This document shows positions 10,714 through 19,894 of a stretch of DNA of 64,000 nucleotides, in pieces; position 1 is the first letter of the stretch; the number at the start of each line of letters is the position of its first letter. The notes beneath the pieces are model-generated. The model was not told the DNA's origin. It saw only the letters and a list, made by a program, of their open reading frames with translations, and searched no databases. The stretch is from Gemmatimonas sp. (GTDB taxonomy: Bacteria; Gemmatimonadota; Gemmatimonadetes; Gemmatimonadales; Gemmatimonadaceae): the NCBI GenBank assembly GCA_965279375.1, contig OZ257156.1:3168001-3232000 (forward strand). The letters are read 5' to 3'. The position numbers were made by a program, and so were the translations under genes.

Positions 10714-12108
10714 ATGCTCAAAATCGGTTTGGTCACCCTCGGGTGTGACAAGAACACGGTCGACTCCGAGCGGTACCTCGCCGACCTCCTCGCCCACGGC
10801 GCGGAGTCGGTGACGAATCTCGCTGACGCCGACGTGGTGGTGGTGAACACCTGCGGCTTCATCGATGCCGCCAAGGCGGAGTCCATCGAGGCGATCGTCG
10901 AGGCCACGCGCCTCAAGGAAGACGGTAACTGCAAGGCGGTCTTCGCGATTGGCTGCATGATCGAGCGCCACAAGGGCGAACTCGAAGAGGCGCTCCCCGA
11001 AGTCGACTGCTTCCTTGGCACCTCCGAGACCGATCGCCTCGTGCCCGAACTCATCGAGCGCGGGCTGATCAGCGGCGAGATCCTCGAGCACCCGGGCGTT
11101 CGCGTCTTTGGCGGCGGCTCGCAGCATGTGCGCTATCTCAAGGTCAGCGAAGGGTGCGATCACGGCTGCGCGTTCTGTGCGATTCCGCTCATGCGCGGCA
11201 GGCACCGCTCGTTCGCGCTGGACGATCTCATTCGCGAAGCGCAGCTGCTGGAAATGCAGGGCGCGCGTGAGTTGAACCTCGTGGCGCAGGATCTGGCGCA
11301 CTATGGACGCGACCGTCGCGATGGATTCGCGCTGCCGGAGCTGCTCGAATCGCTCGTACGCGAGACGTCGATTCCGTGGCTGCGCAATTTGTATCTCTAC
11401 AGCGCGGGCATCACGCCGCGTCTGCTGGAAGTGATCGCGGCCAACCCACGCATCGTGCGCTATCTCGACACGCCGATGCAGCATGGCGCCGATTCTGTCC
11501 TCGCGCGCATGCGTCGCCCCGAGCGGCAGCGCACGATCCGTGAGCGACTCAAGAGCTATCGCGAGATCGTGCCGGACCTCGCGGTGCGGACCACGGTGAT
11601 CGTCGGCTTTCCGGGCGAGACCGAAGACGACTTCAACGTCCTCTGCGATTTCCTCGAAGAGATGCAGCTCGATCGTGTCGGCTGCTTCACGTACTCGCCG
11701 CAGGAAGGGACGCGTGCGAACGAGATGGAAGACGATGTGCCCGACTCCATCAAGAGCGAGCGCAAGGAACGCATCGAAGAGCTGCAGCGCGCCATCACCT
11801 CGGAGCGCTACGAGCGCTTTCTGGGCAAGGAGACGCGCGTACTGGTGGACCGTGTGCACGACGCGCCGGGCATTGTCGTGTGCCGCGCGCCGTGGCAGGC
11901 CGATGACATCGATGGTGTGACGTACGTGCGCGCCGACGCACCGCCGGGCGCGATGCTCGACGTGCGCGTTGATGCGGTCGAAGACGACTACGATTTCCGC
12001 GCCACGCTCCTCCGCGTGGCTGATCTACCGCAGGCGGCGGCTCGGCGCGCCACGCGCAGCTTGCCGCTCGTGAATGCACCTTCTTCTGTCGGGAGCTTTG
12101 GACGATGA
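10714..12108 (+). CDS. rimO: Ribosomal protein S12 methylthiotransferase
   Basis: LGCDKNTVDSE, VNTCGFID, radical SAM motif CDHGCAFC, C-terminal TRAM-like region. Confidence 0.94.
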   Translation: MLKIGLVTLGCDKNTVDSERYLADLLAHGAESVTNLADADVVVVNTCGFIDAAKAESIEAIVEATRLKEDGNCKAVFAIGCMIERHKGELEEALPEVDCFLGTSETDRLVPELIERGLISGEILEHPGVRVFGGGSQHVRYLKVSEGCDHGCAFCAIPLMRGRHRSFALDDLIREAQLLEMQGARELNLVAQDLAHYGRDRRDGFALPELLESLVRETSIPWLRNLYLYSAGITPRLLEVIAANPRIVRYLDTPMQHGADSVLARMRRPERQRTIRERLKSYREIVPDLAVRTTVIVGFPGETEDDFNVLCDFLEEMQLDRVGCFTYSPQEGTRANEMEDDVPDSIKSERKERIEELQRAITSERYERFLGKETRVLVDRVHDAPGIVVCRAPWQADDIDGVTYVRADAPPGAMLDVRVDAVEDDYDFRATLLRVADLPQAAARRATRSLPLVNAPSSVGSFGR

Positions 12109-13469
12109 GTCTGGTCGTGAATCCTGATGCACCGGGTACGTCCGGCAGCGATGTCGGCAGCGAAGCGCAGGTGTCGCAGCGTTCGTCCGCGCGCTCACAC
12201 GCGATCATGGAGCAGAGCCGCACGCGCTTCCCCGGTGGCGTGAATTCGCCCGTGCGCGCGTTTGGCGGTGTGGGTGGCGAGCCGTTCGTCGCCGCGCGTG
12301 GCGCGGGTGCGCGCGTGTGGGATGCCGACGGCAACGAGTACATCGACTACATCCTGTCGTGGGGCCCGCTGGTACTCGGCCATGCGCCACCGGTCGTGCT
12401 CGAAGCGCTCGCCGATGTCATGAAGAATGGCACCAGCTTCGGCATGCCGACCGGGCTGGAAGTGCAGCTCGCCGAGAAGATCGCCGAGCGTATGCCGCAT
12501 TTGGAGATGATGCGGTTTACGAGCAGCGGGACTGAAGCGGCGATGACCGTTGCACGGCTGGCGCGCGCCATCACGGGGCGGGAACACATCCTCAAGTTCG
12601 AAGGGTGCTACCACGGGCATGCCGATGGATTTCTCGTGCGCGCCGGTTCCGGCGTGGCCACGCTTGGATTGCCGGACTCGCCGGGCGTGCCGGAGGGGTT
12701 GGCCAAGCTGACGCTGACCTGCACGTACAACGATCTCGAGGCCGTCGAGCGCATTGCGCGTGAAGTGCCGCTGGCGGCGATCATGCTGGAGCCGGTCGTG
12801 GGCAACGGTGGGTTCATTCAGCCGTCGCCGGAATTCATTCCGGGATTGCGCCGTATTGCTGACGAAACGGGCGCCTTGCTCGTCTTCGACGAAGTCATGA
12901 CTGGTTTCCGCATCGCATACGGTGGAGCGCGCGAGCGCTTCGATGTCATCCCCGATCTCACGGCCTTGGGCAAAGTGATCGGCGGTGGCCTGCCCGTGGC
13001 TGCGTACGGCGGGCGCAAGGAATACATGTCGCGCATCGCGCCCACTGGCCCGGTCTATCAGGCGGGCACGCTCTCAGGCAATCCGCTGGCCATGGCGGCG
13101 GGCATCGCCACGCTTGGCATGCTCACGCGCGACCTGCACGACAAGATCACCGCGCAGACCTCCCGGTTGGTGAGCGGACTGACGGACGTCGCCGCGCGCC
13201 ACAGCGTCCCCTTCACGGCCAGTCATGTGGGCTCGATGTGGGGCTTCTTCTTCCATCCGGGACCGGTGCGCACGTTCGAAGAGGCCAAGCAGTGCGATAC
13301 GGCGCTCTTCAAGCGCTTCTTCCATGCCGCGCGTCGTCGTGGCGTGTCGTTGGCGCCGTCGCCCTTTGAAGCGGCGTTCATGTCGGCGGCGCATGGCACC
13401 GCTGAAATCGACGCGACGCTGGACCGTCTCGACCGCGCGCTTGGCGCGGCCGTGGCTGGTCGCGACTAG
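12105..13469 (+). CDS. hemL: Glutamate-1-semialdehyde 2,1-aminomutase
   Basis: PGGVNSPVRAF, KFEGCYHGHAD, FDEVMTGFR, GKVIGGGLPV, QAGTLSGNP. Confidence 0.96.
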   Translation: MSLVVNPDAPGTSGSDVGSEAQVSQRSSARSHAIMEQSRTRFPGGVNSPVRAFGGVGGEPFVAARGAGARVWDADGNEYIDYILSWGPLVLGHAPPVVLEALADVMKNGTSFGMPTGLEVQLAEKIAERMPHLEMMRFTSSGTEAAMTVARLARAITGREHILKFEGCYHGHADGFLVRAGSGVATLGLPDSPGVPEGLAKLTLTCTYNDLEAVERIAREVPLAAIMLEPVVGNGGFIQPSPEFIPGLRRIADETGALLVFDEVMTGFRIAYGGARERFDVIPDLTALGKVIGGGLPVAAYGGRKEYMSRIAPTGPVYQAGTLSGNPLAMAAGIATLGMLTRDLHDKITAQTSRLVSGLTDVAARHSVPFTASHVGSMWGFFFHPGPVRTFEEAKQCDTALFKRFFHAARRRGVSLAPSPFEAAFMSAAHGTAEIDATLDRLDRALGAAVAGRD

Positions 13470-13483
13470 GTCGCCGAGCGGGA

Positions 13484-14827
13484 ATGGGTAGGCCGCGACT
13501 GCGTCCGGAGTCCATCGCGGTAGGTGCGATGGGGATTGTTGTCGCGGCAGCGGCTTTTGCGGTCGCCTGTGCACCGTCGGCGCGCGTGCCGCGCGCGGGC
13601 GTCGAGCCGCATGTTGCCGGCGAATCGCGCGAGCTGCAAGGGCGCCTCGATGGCGTCGATCGCATGGCGCGCGTCGCGTTGCACATGGGCATCGCCATCG
13701 CGCCGGTGACGTCGACGGGCAAGTGGCGCGTGGATGAGCAGGGCGGAAAGCAGCAGCTCGTGAGAGGGCAGGGGCGCGAGCCGTGGCGCATCGAGCGGAA
13801 GGGAACGCTGCTGCGCATTGCAGGTGCTGGCGATGATGCGACCCCGTGGCGGGTGGGGCCGCTCGTGGCGCGGCCAGCCAGCGGCGACGCAACGCTCCAG
13901 TACAACGGACGTCGCTATCGCGGGGAGCTGTGGTTTTCGGCCACCGATTCGGGCATTCTCGTCGTGAATCGACTGCCGGTGGAGGACTATCTGCGCGGCG
14001 TGGTGCCCGCCGAGCTGGGGACGCGCCTGGAGTCGGACCGCGCGGCGATGGAGGCGCAGGCGATCGCCGCGCGAAGCTACACGTACATGCGCGTCCCCGG
14101 CGTCGACGCGCAGCCGGCGTCGGGCTCGTGGGACCTGGTCGCGACCGTGTCGAATCAGGTCTACTCCGGGATGGATTCGGAGTCTCCCATCGTGAATCAG
14201 GCCGTGGACGCGACCGCTGGGTTGGTGCTGCGCTACGGCGGGCTGCTGGTGGACGCGCCCTATTCATCGTCGTGCGGGGGGCGTTCAGCGGTGCCGGGCG
14301 ATGCGTGGCGTGATGCGCGACCGGAGCCCTATCTGCAGGCGCTCGACGACATCAACCCCGCGACCGGGCGACCGTACTGTGACATCTCGCCGCGCAATCG
14401 CTGGACGGTGTCGCTGGACGAGGCACAGCTGAGTGAGGCCGTGCGCCGCGCGCTGGTAGCGGCGGGTGCAAGCAACCCGAGACCTGCGCGTATCCAGGAG
14501 GTAGAAGTCACGCAACGGACCAGCTCCGGACGCGTCGGCGAGTTGGTGATGCGTACGGAGCGAGGCGACGTGCGCGTACGCGCGAACGATCTTCGCACTG
14601 TCTTTCGCGATGCGCGTGGCGCGATCCTGTCCAGTACGTATTTTTCTGTCGAGCGCGATGCGCGGGCTCGCGGACACCTGACGGGTGTCACCCTGCGCGG
14701 CGCCGGCTACGGACACGGTGTGGGGATGTGCCAATGGGGCGCGATCGGTCGATCGCGCGCAGGACAGGATGCTCGCACGATCCTGGCGCACTACTACCCT
14801 GGGACGACGGTCGGCTTCGCGGATTGA
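13484..14827 (+). CDS. SpoIID/LytB domain protein (lytic transglycosylase-like), possibly a lipoprotein
   Basis: VVNRLPVEDYLRGVVPAE, EAQAIAARSY, GYGHGVGMCQWGA, ILAHYYPGT. Confidence 0.9.
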   Translation: MGRPRLRPESIAVGAMGIVVAAAAFAVACAPSARVPRAGVEPHVAGESRELQGRLDGVDRMARVALHMGIAIAPVTSTGKWRVDEQGGKQQLVRGQGREPWRIERKGTLLRIAGAGDDATPWRVGPLVARPASGDATLQYNGRRYRGELWFSATDSGILVVNRLPVEDYLRGVVPAELGTRLESDRAAMEAQAIAARSYTYMRVPGVDAQPASGSWDLVATVSNQVYSGMDSESPIVNQAVDATAGLVLRYGGLLVDAPYSSSCGGRSAVPGDAWRDARPEPYLQALDDINPATGRPYCDISPRNRWTVSLDEAQLSEAVRRALVAAGASNPRPARIQEVEVTQRTSSGRVGELVMRTERGDVRVRANDLRTVFRDARGAILSSTYFSVERDARARGHLTGVTLRGAGYGHGVGMCQWGAIGRSRAGQDARTILAHYYPGTTVGFAD

Positions 14828-14849
14828 AGGTTTACCCTCCGGAGGCGGC

Positions 14850-15854
14850 ATGAAGGACGGCGTACGCATCGCCGTAGTCGGGACCGGCGCCATCGCCCAG
14901 CTCACGCACATCCCTGTGCTGTCCAAGCTGCGCGGCGCCTCGCTGGTCGCCTTGTGTGACAACGACGCCGCCAAGGCGCGTGCCCTCGCCGACCGGTTCG
15001 GTGTACCCGACGTCTTCACCGACTTCGAAGAGCTGCTCGACTCGGATGAACTCGACGCGGTCGTGATCGCGACGCCCAATCACCTGCATGAGCCGCACGT
15101 GTTGAGCGCCCTGCGCGCCAAGCTGCACGTGCTGTGCGAGCGGCCGCTGTCGCTCACGGTACGTGGTGTGGAGCGCTGCCTCGCTGCGGCGCAGAAGTCG
15201 GACCGTCGGTTGGTCGTGGGGCACAACCATCGATTCCGCGCCGATGTGCAGGCGCTCGACCAGTTCATCCGCAACGCCGAACTGGGACAGGTCACCTCCA
15301 TTCGCACCGGCGCGTTCTACGGGAAGCGCGGCACTGATGGCTGGCGCAATCGACGCGCAGAAGCGGGCGGCGGCGCGTTCCAGGAGCACGGCTTCCCACT
15401 ACTCGATCTCGCGATGTGGCTCGCTGACACGCCGGCTCCAGTGCGTGTCTCCGCGTCGATGCGTCGCGGACGTGCCGCCGCCGCCGTCGAAGACTCCATG
15501 CAGGTGCTGCTCGAGTGCGAGAACGGCGTCACGATCTCGTTCGACGTGGCGTGGTCGTACGTAGGCGACGAAGATCGGTGGTGGTTTGAGGTGCACGCAA
15601 CGCGCGGGGCAGCGCGGCTCGCTCCGTTGCGCGTGATCAAGGAACTCAACGGGCGTCCGGTGGACGTGTCCCCGACGGGCGCGGCGGCGCGCGAGAGTCC
15701 GTTCCTTCAGAGCTATCGCGCCGAGATCGCGCACTTTCTGGCCGTGATACAGGGGGAGGCGCCGTACGAGCCTCCGACAGATCAGGTGCAGGTGCATCGC
15801 ATTCTCGAAGCGATCTATCGCGCGGCGGACGACGGGAAAGAGATCCGCTTCTGA
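14850..15854 (+). CDS. Gfo/Idh/MocA family oxidoreductase
   Basis: GTGAIA Rossmann motif, IATPNHLH, HVLCERP; GGAGG RBS before ATG at 14850. Confidence 0.9.
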   Translation: MKDGVRIAVVGTGAIAQLTHIPVLSKLRGASLVALCDNDAAKARALADRFGVPDVFTDFEELLDSDELDAVVIATPNHLHEPHVLSALRAKLHVLCERPLSLTVRGVERCLAAAQKSDRRLVVGHNHRFRADVQALDQFIRNAELGQVTSIRTGAFYGKRGTDGWRNRRAEAGGGAFQEHGFPLLDLAMWLADTPAPVRVSASMRRGRAAAAVEDSMQVLLECENGVTISFDVAWSYVGDEDRWWFEVHATRGAARLAPLRVIKELNGRPVDVSPTGAAARESPFLQSYRAEIAHFLAVIQGEAPYEPPTDQVQVHRILEAIYRAADDGKEIRF

Positions 15855-17191
15855 TGCGACGCGGTCTGCTGGCCGTCGTTCTGCGATCCGTGGTGTTGTG
15901 CGTGGCGATGCTCTTCGCGCCACGCAGCATCGTCGCGCAAGCGCCCGATTCCGCGCCGCCACCGCCGGGCGTGTCGGCCGCCTTGGACAGTGCACGCGCG
16001 TTGCGCGGCGCATCCCTCTCGATCTCGCTGCTGACGTACGGTCCCGGCAATGCGGTGTTCGAGCGATTCGGCCACATGGCGCTCGCGGTGCACGATAGTC
16101 TCACGGGAGAAGACGTCGCCTTCAACTGGGGAATGTTCGACTTCAGTGAGCCGAACTTCGTGATGCGATTCCTGACGGGCGACACGAACTACTGGATGGC
16201 GGGATTCAATACGGCCGCCTTCAACGCGCATTATCGATCGGAGAATCGACGCATCCGGCTGCAGCAGATCGTGCTCCCGGCGGTGGAACGCGCGGCGCTG
16301 TTCGAGTACGTGGCCTGGAACGCGCGCGACGCAAACAAGTTCTATCGCTACGACTACTACAACGACAACTGCGCCACCCGTGTGCGCGATGCGATCGATC
16401 GCGTACTCGGCGGACGACTGCGCACCGCGCTCAAAGTTCCGGGCGACGCGCACACGTGGCGTGGTGAGACGGCACGAATCACCGAAGGCGATCTGCCGAC
16501 TTTTGCCGGCATCGAGATCGCGCTCGGCCGAAACGCCGACAAGGTGTTGAGCAAGTGGGACGAGTCCTTCCTGCCCGAGCGACTCGCCGATCACCTCAGC
16601 GACTTCATCGTCAGCGATGCGCAGGGCCGACGGTACAGCCTGGTCAAGCAGGACACGGTGATCTTCGAACCCACGCGTGTGCCGTTGCCGACGGAACCGC
16701 CGACGTGGTTTGCCGGCGCGCTGCTAGTCGGTTTGACCATCGCCGGCGTCATCGCCGCACTCACCGATGCCCGTCCGCCTGCCGCACGCGCTGTGCTCGC
16801 CGCGATCGTCGCCGTCTGGTATCTGTTGGGCGGGTTTCTCGGCACCGCGCTGCTGCTTGCCGGCACAGTCACCAAGCACGCGCCGTACATGGGGAGCAAC
16901 ACCACCCTGCTGCAGTTGCATCCGCTGATGTTGATCGCACTGTGGCCGGTCACGGCCTCGCTCGCGAGACGTCGCTACACGCGGACCGCGCTGGGGCTCA
17001 CCTCGGTGTTGGCGCTGCTGTCGGTCGTGGGCGTCGTGCTGCAGCTGATCCCGTCGTTCGCACAGGGAAGCAGCGTCGTGCTGGCCGTCACTGTGCCGAT
17101 TCATCTGGCGTTGGCCCTCGCGCTCTGGCGTCTCGAGCATGACGAGAGCACGCACCGACATGCCGCGATGCCGCTCTCGCGCGCCGCGTAA
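15854..17191 (+). CDS. DUF4105 / Lnb-like membrane protein (permuted papain-like His/Cys domain plus C-terminal TM helices)
   Basis: FGHMAL, FNWGMFDF, YRYDYYNDNCATRVRD; signal peptide and about 4-5 C-terminal TM segments. Confidence 0.8.
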   Translation: MRRGLLAVVLRSVVLCVAMLFAPRSIVAQAPDSAPPPPGVSAALDSARALRGASLSISLLTYGPGNAVFERFGHMALAVHDSLTGEDVAFNWGMFDFSEPNFVMRFLTGDTNYWMAGFNTAAFNAHYRSENRRIRLQQIVLPAVERAALFEYVAWNARDANKFYRYDYYNDNCATRVRDAIDRVLGGRLRTALKVPGDAHTWRGETARITEGDLPTFAGIEIALGRNADKVLSKWDESFLPERLADHLSDFIVSDAQGRRYSLVKQDTVIFEPTRVPLPTEPPTWFAGALLVGLTIAGVIAALTDARPPAARAVLAAIVAVWYLLGGFLGTALLLAGTVTKHAPYMGSNTTLLQLHPLMLIALWPVTASLARRRYTRTALGLTSVLALLSVVGVVLQLIPSFAQGSSVVLAVTVPIHLALALALWRLEHDESTHRHAAMPLSRAA

Positions 17192-17256
17192 GCGTGACAG
17201 CGTGAGCGTGACTTCGTGAACGTGACTTCGTGAGCGTGACCTCGTGAACGCGACCG
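17187..17256. repeat. Five imperfect tandem copies of a 14-bp unit (consensus CGTGARCGTGACYT)
   Basis: cgtaagcgtgacag / cgtgagcgtgactt / cgtgaacgtgactt / cgtgagcgtgacct / cgtgaacgcgaccg read directly from the sequence. Confidence 0.85.
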
Positions 17257-19226
17257 TAAGCGACTCAGGCAGCACCGTTGCAGCTGGCGTCGACGTCGGG
17301 GGCACCTTTACCGATCTTGCGGCGATCGCGCGCGACGGCACGATCCGTACATCGAAGGTCCTCAGTGTGCCGACCGATCGCGCACTGGGCGTGCTCGCGG
17401 CGATCGACGCGTCAGGTATCGCACCCACGGCGATGGCCTTCATCGCGCATGGCACGACGGTTGTCACCAACCTGCTCCTCGAGCGGGCGGGCGCACGCGT
17501 GGTCGCCTGCATCACGAGCGGCTTCACCGATCTGCTGGAACTGCGTCGGCAGGAGCGCGCCGCGCTCTACGACCTGACCAAGCATCATCCCGCGCCGCTC
17601 GTTGCCCGTGCTGACGTCATTGCCGTGCGCGAGCGCATCGTGCCCGAAGGCGTCCAGTTGCCGTTGGATGCCGCTGCAATCGCCGAGGTGGTCGCGGCGG
17701 TGATGGCTCGGGAGGCGGAGACGGTGGCGATCACGCTGCTGCACGCGTACGCGATGCCTGAACATGAGCAAGCGCTGCGCGACGCGCTCGTGAGTGCGCT
17801 GCGCGATGCGGGTGTCACCTGCGATGTGATCTGTTCGCACGACGTACTCCCCGAGATTCGCGAGTATGAACGCCTCGCGACCACCGTGGCCGAGGCGTAT
17901 GCGCGTCCTGCGGTGCGCGCGTACCTGGGCAACCTGCGCGGGCGGCTCGCGGAGCGCGGGTATCCGGCGCCGCGCGTGATGACGTCGGCCGGTGGCACGC
18001 TGTCGGCGGATGATGCCGCGCGGCATGCGGCATCGCTGGCCTTGTCTGGACCTGCGGGCGGCGTGACCGGTGCGGCGGCGATCGCTCGCGCCTTGGGAAT
18101 CAGCGGCGCGCTCACGATCGACATTGGCGGCACTAGCGCAGACGTAGGCCTCATCGACGATGGCGAGCCGCTCGTCGAGCGCGGAGGCCTCGTAGCCGGC
18201 GCGCCCATCGCTTTGCCTCGTGTGCTCGTGGAAGCGGTGGCGGCCGGTGGTGGCAGTCTTGGTTGGATCGACGCGGGCGGCGCACTGCGTGCCGGGCCGG
18301 AGAGCGCGGGCGCGGTGCCGGGGCCCGCTGCGTATGGCCGCGGTGGTCTGCGCCCCACGGTTACCGATGCTCACGTCGTCCTCGGACACGTGGCCGCGGG
18401 CGCGTGGAGCGGTGGCGTCACCATCGACGTGTCGCTGGCGCGCACGGCGATGCAAACCATTGCCGATCCGCTCGGCGTCAGCGTGGAACGTGCCGCCGAA
18501 GCACTCATCGCCACCGCGGATGCGACGATGGCGCGTGCGCTACGCCGCGTCTCGGTGGAGCGAGGTATCGATCCACGTGCCGTTGCCCTGATTGCGTTCG
18601 GCGGCGGCGGTCCGTTGCATGCCTGTGGCCTCGCCGAGCGACTGGGGATGACGCGCATCGTCATTCCACCGCATGCTGGTGTGCTGAGTGCGGTCGGACT
18701 CGCGTTGGCGCCGGAGCGTCGTGAAGGGCTCGCCAGTTTCGTCACGCGCACCGACGCTATCGACGTAGACGTGCTGGCAGCGCTGCTCGCGTCGCAGGCC
18801 GATCGACTTGCGGGCGCATCGGCGGAGGGGCTCACGCCTCGATGGTGGGTGCGCACGCGCTTTGTGGGGCAGGGCTACGAACTCGACATCGCGTGCGCGC
18901 CGGGTGATGGCGGCGCCGACATCGCTCAGCGATTTCTCGATCGGCATCAGGCCCGCACCGGCTTCGTACTCGATCGCGCGGTGGAGTGCATCAGCCTGCG
19001 TACCGCGCTCGTGGGCGAGGCATGGCCGGTGCGCTTTGCGCGCGAAGCGCGTGCCACCGCGCACGGCGACGATGGACTCGGCGACGATCAGGACGATGGC
19101 TACGCACTGTCGCGCACACTGCGCGGTCCGGCGATCGTGCGGCTGCCTGACGCGACGCTGCGCGTGATGCCCGGCTGGCGTGCGCGGACGTTGGAGATCG
19201 GCGGTTGGATGCTGAAGGCCGAGTGA
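17244..19226 (+). CDS. Hydantoinase A / 5-oxoprolinase ATP-binding subunit
   Basis: DVGGTFTD, HGTTVVTN, LSGPAGG, DIGGTSAD, GAVPGPAAYGRGG, FGGGGPLH. Confidence 0.92.
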   Translation: MNATVSDSGSTVAAGVDVGGTFTDLAAIARDGTIRTSKVLSVPTDRALGVLAAIDASGIAPTAMAFIAHGTTVVTNLLLERAGARVVACITSGFTDLLELRRQERAALYDLTKHHPAPLVARADVIAVRERIVPEGVQLPLDAAAIAEVVAAVMAREAETVAITLLHAYAMPEHEQALRDALVSALRDAGVTCDVICSHDVLPEIREYERLATTVAEAYARPAVRAYLGNLRGRLAERGYPAPRVMTSAGGTLSADDAARHAASLALSGPAGGVTGAAAIARALGISGALTIDIGGTSADVGLIDDGEPLVERGGLVAGAPIALPRVLVEAVAAGGGSLGWIDAGGALRAGPESAGAVPGPAAYGRGGLRPTVTDAHVVLGHVAAGAWSGGVTIDVSLARTAMQTIADPLGVSVERAAEALIATADATMARALRRVSVERGIDPRAVALIAFGGGGPLHACGLAERLGMTRIVIPPHAGVLSAVGLALAPERREGLASFVTRTDAIDVDVLAALLASQADRLAGASAEGLTPRWWVRTRFVGQGYELDIACAPGDGGADIAQRFLDRHQARTGFVLDRAVECISLRTALVGEAWPVRFAREARATAHGDDGLGDDQDDGYALSRTLRGPAIVRLPDATLRVMPGWRARTLEIGGWMLKAE

Positions 19227-19894
19227 TGGCGCGCAGCGTTTCGTCGGAGCGCACGCGGATTGTCGGAGTCGCTGTGCCTCCGCTCGTGCCCAACACCGGT
19301 GATGTGCGCGTGCTTCTCGTTGGCGAAGCGCCGGGCCCACGTGGCGCCGACAAGAGCGGCGTGCCCTTCTTTGGCGACGCGGCGGGCAAGCATCTCTATG
19401 CGGCGCTGCAATCGTTGGGTGCGATCTCGCTGCCGGACGCTGTCGGTGCGCTGGCATGGGATGGCAGTCTCTTCGCCAATGCTGGCCTGCGGCCAACGGC
19501 GCACGGCGTCGCGCTGGGCAATGCGTTCGATCGTTGCCCCACAGACGATGGTACCTCGTTCCGTGCGCCCACCAAACGCGAACTGGAAGGCCCCGACAAC
19601 ATCGCGCGACTGTCGCGCGAGCTACAGGCGCTGTCGGCGCGCGGCCTGACGGGCGTTGTCACGATGGGGCGCGTTGCTACGTCGACGATCGACGCGGTGC
19701 TCGCCGCGTTTCCGATGCCAACGCTGGTCCGGCGTGCGGTGCCGCATCCGTCAGCACAGGGGTTGCTCTCCATGGCGCCAGATAGAGGACGCGGCGCGCG
19801 CATGGCCGACCTGCAGCGCGACTGGCAACAGCGACTGTGTGATGCAGTGATCGAGGCCGGATTCAACGCCGACGTGCACGGGAGCCGCGCATGA
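19226..19894 (+). CDS. Uracil-DNA glycosylase superfamily protein (family 4/5-like, no N-terminal Fe-S cysteines)
   Basis: Motif A LLVGEAPGPRGA..SGVPFFGD, N..RCP, motif B HPSAQ; TGATG overlap upstream and ATGA overlap downstream. Confidence 0.8.
   Translation: MARSVSSERTRIVGVAVPPLVPNTGDVRVLLVGEAPGPRGADKSGVPFFGDAAGKHLYAALQSLGAISLPDAVGALAWDGSLFANAGLRPTAHGVALGNAFDRCPTDDGTSFRAPTKRELEGPDNIARLSRELQALSARGLTGVVTMGRVATSTIDAVLAAFPMPTLVRRAVPHPSAQGLLSMAPDRGRGARMADLQRDWQQRLCDAVIEAGFNADVHGSRA

Noticed and set aside
13484..14827. SpoIID as evidence of sporulation
   Set aside because: SpoIID/LytB domains are widespread peptidoglycan enzymes in non-sporulating bacteria.
17187..17256. Possible CRISPR array
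   Set aside because: The units are 14 bp and contiguous, with no spacers and no cas genes nearby.
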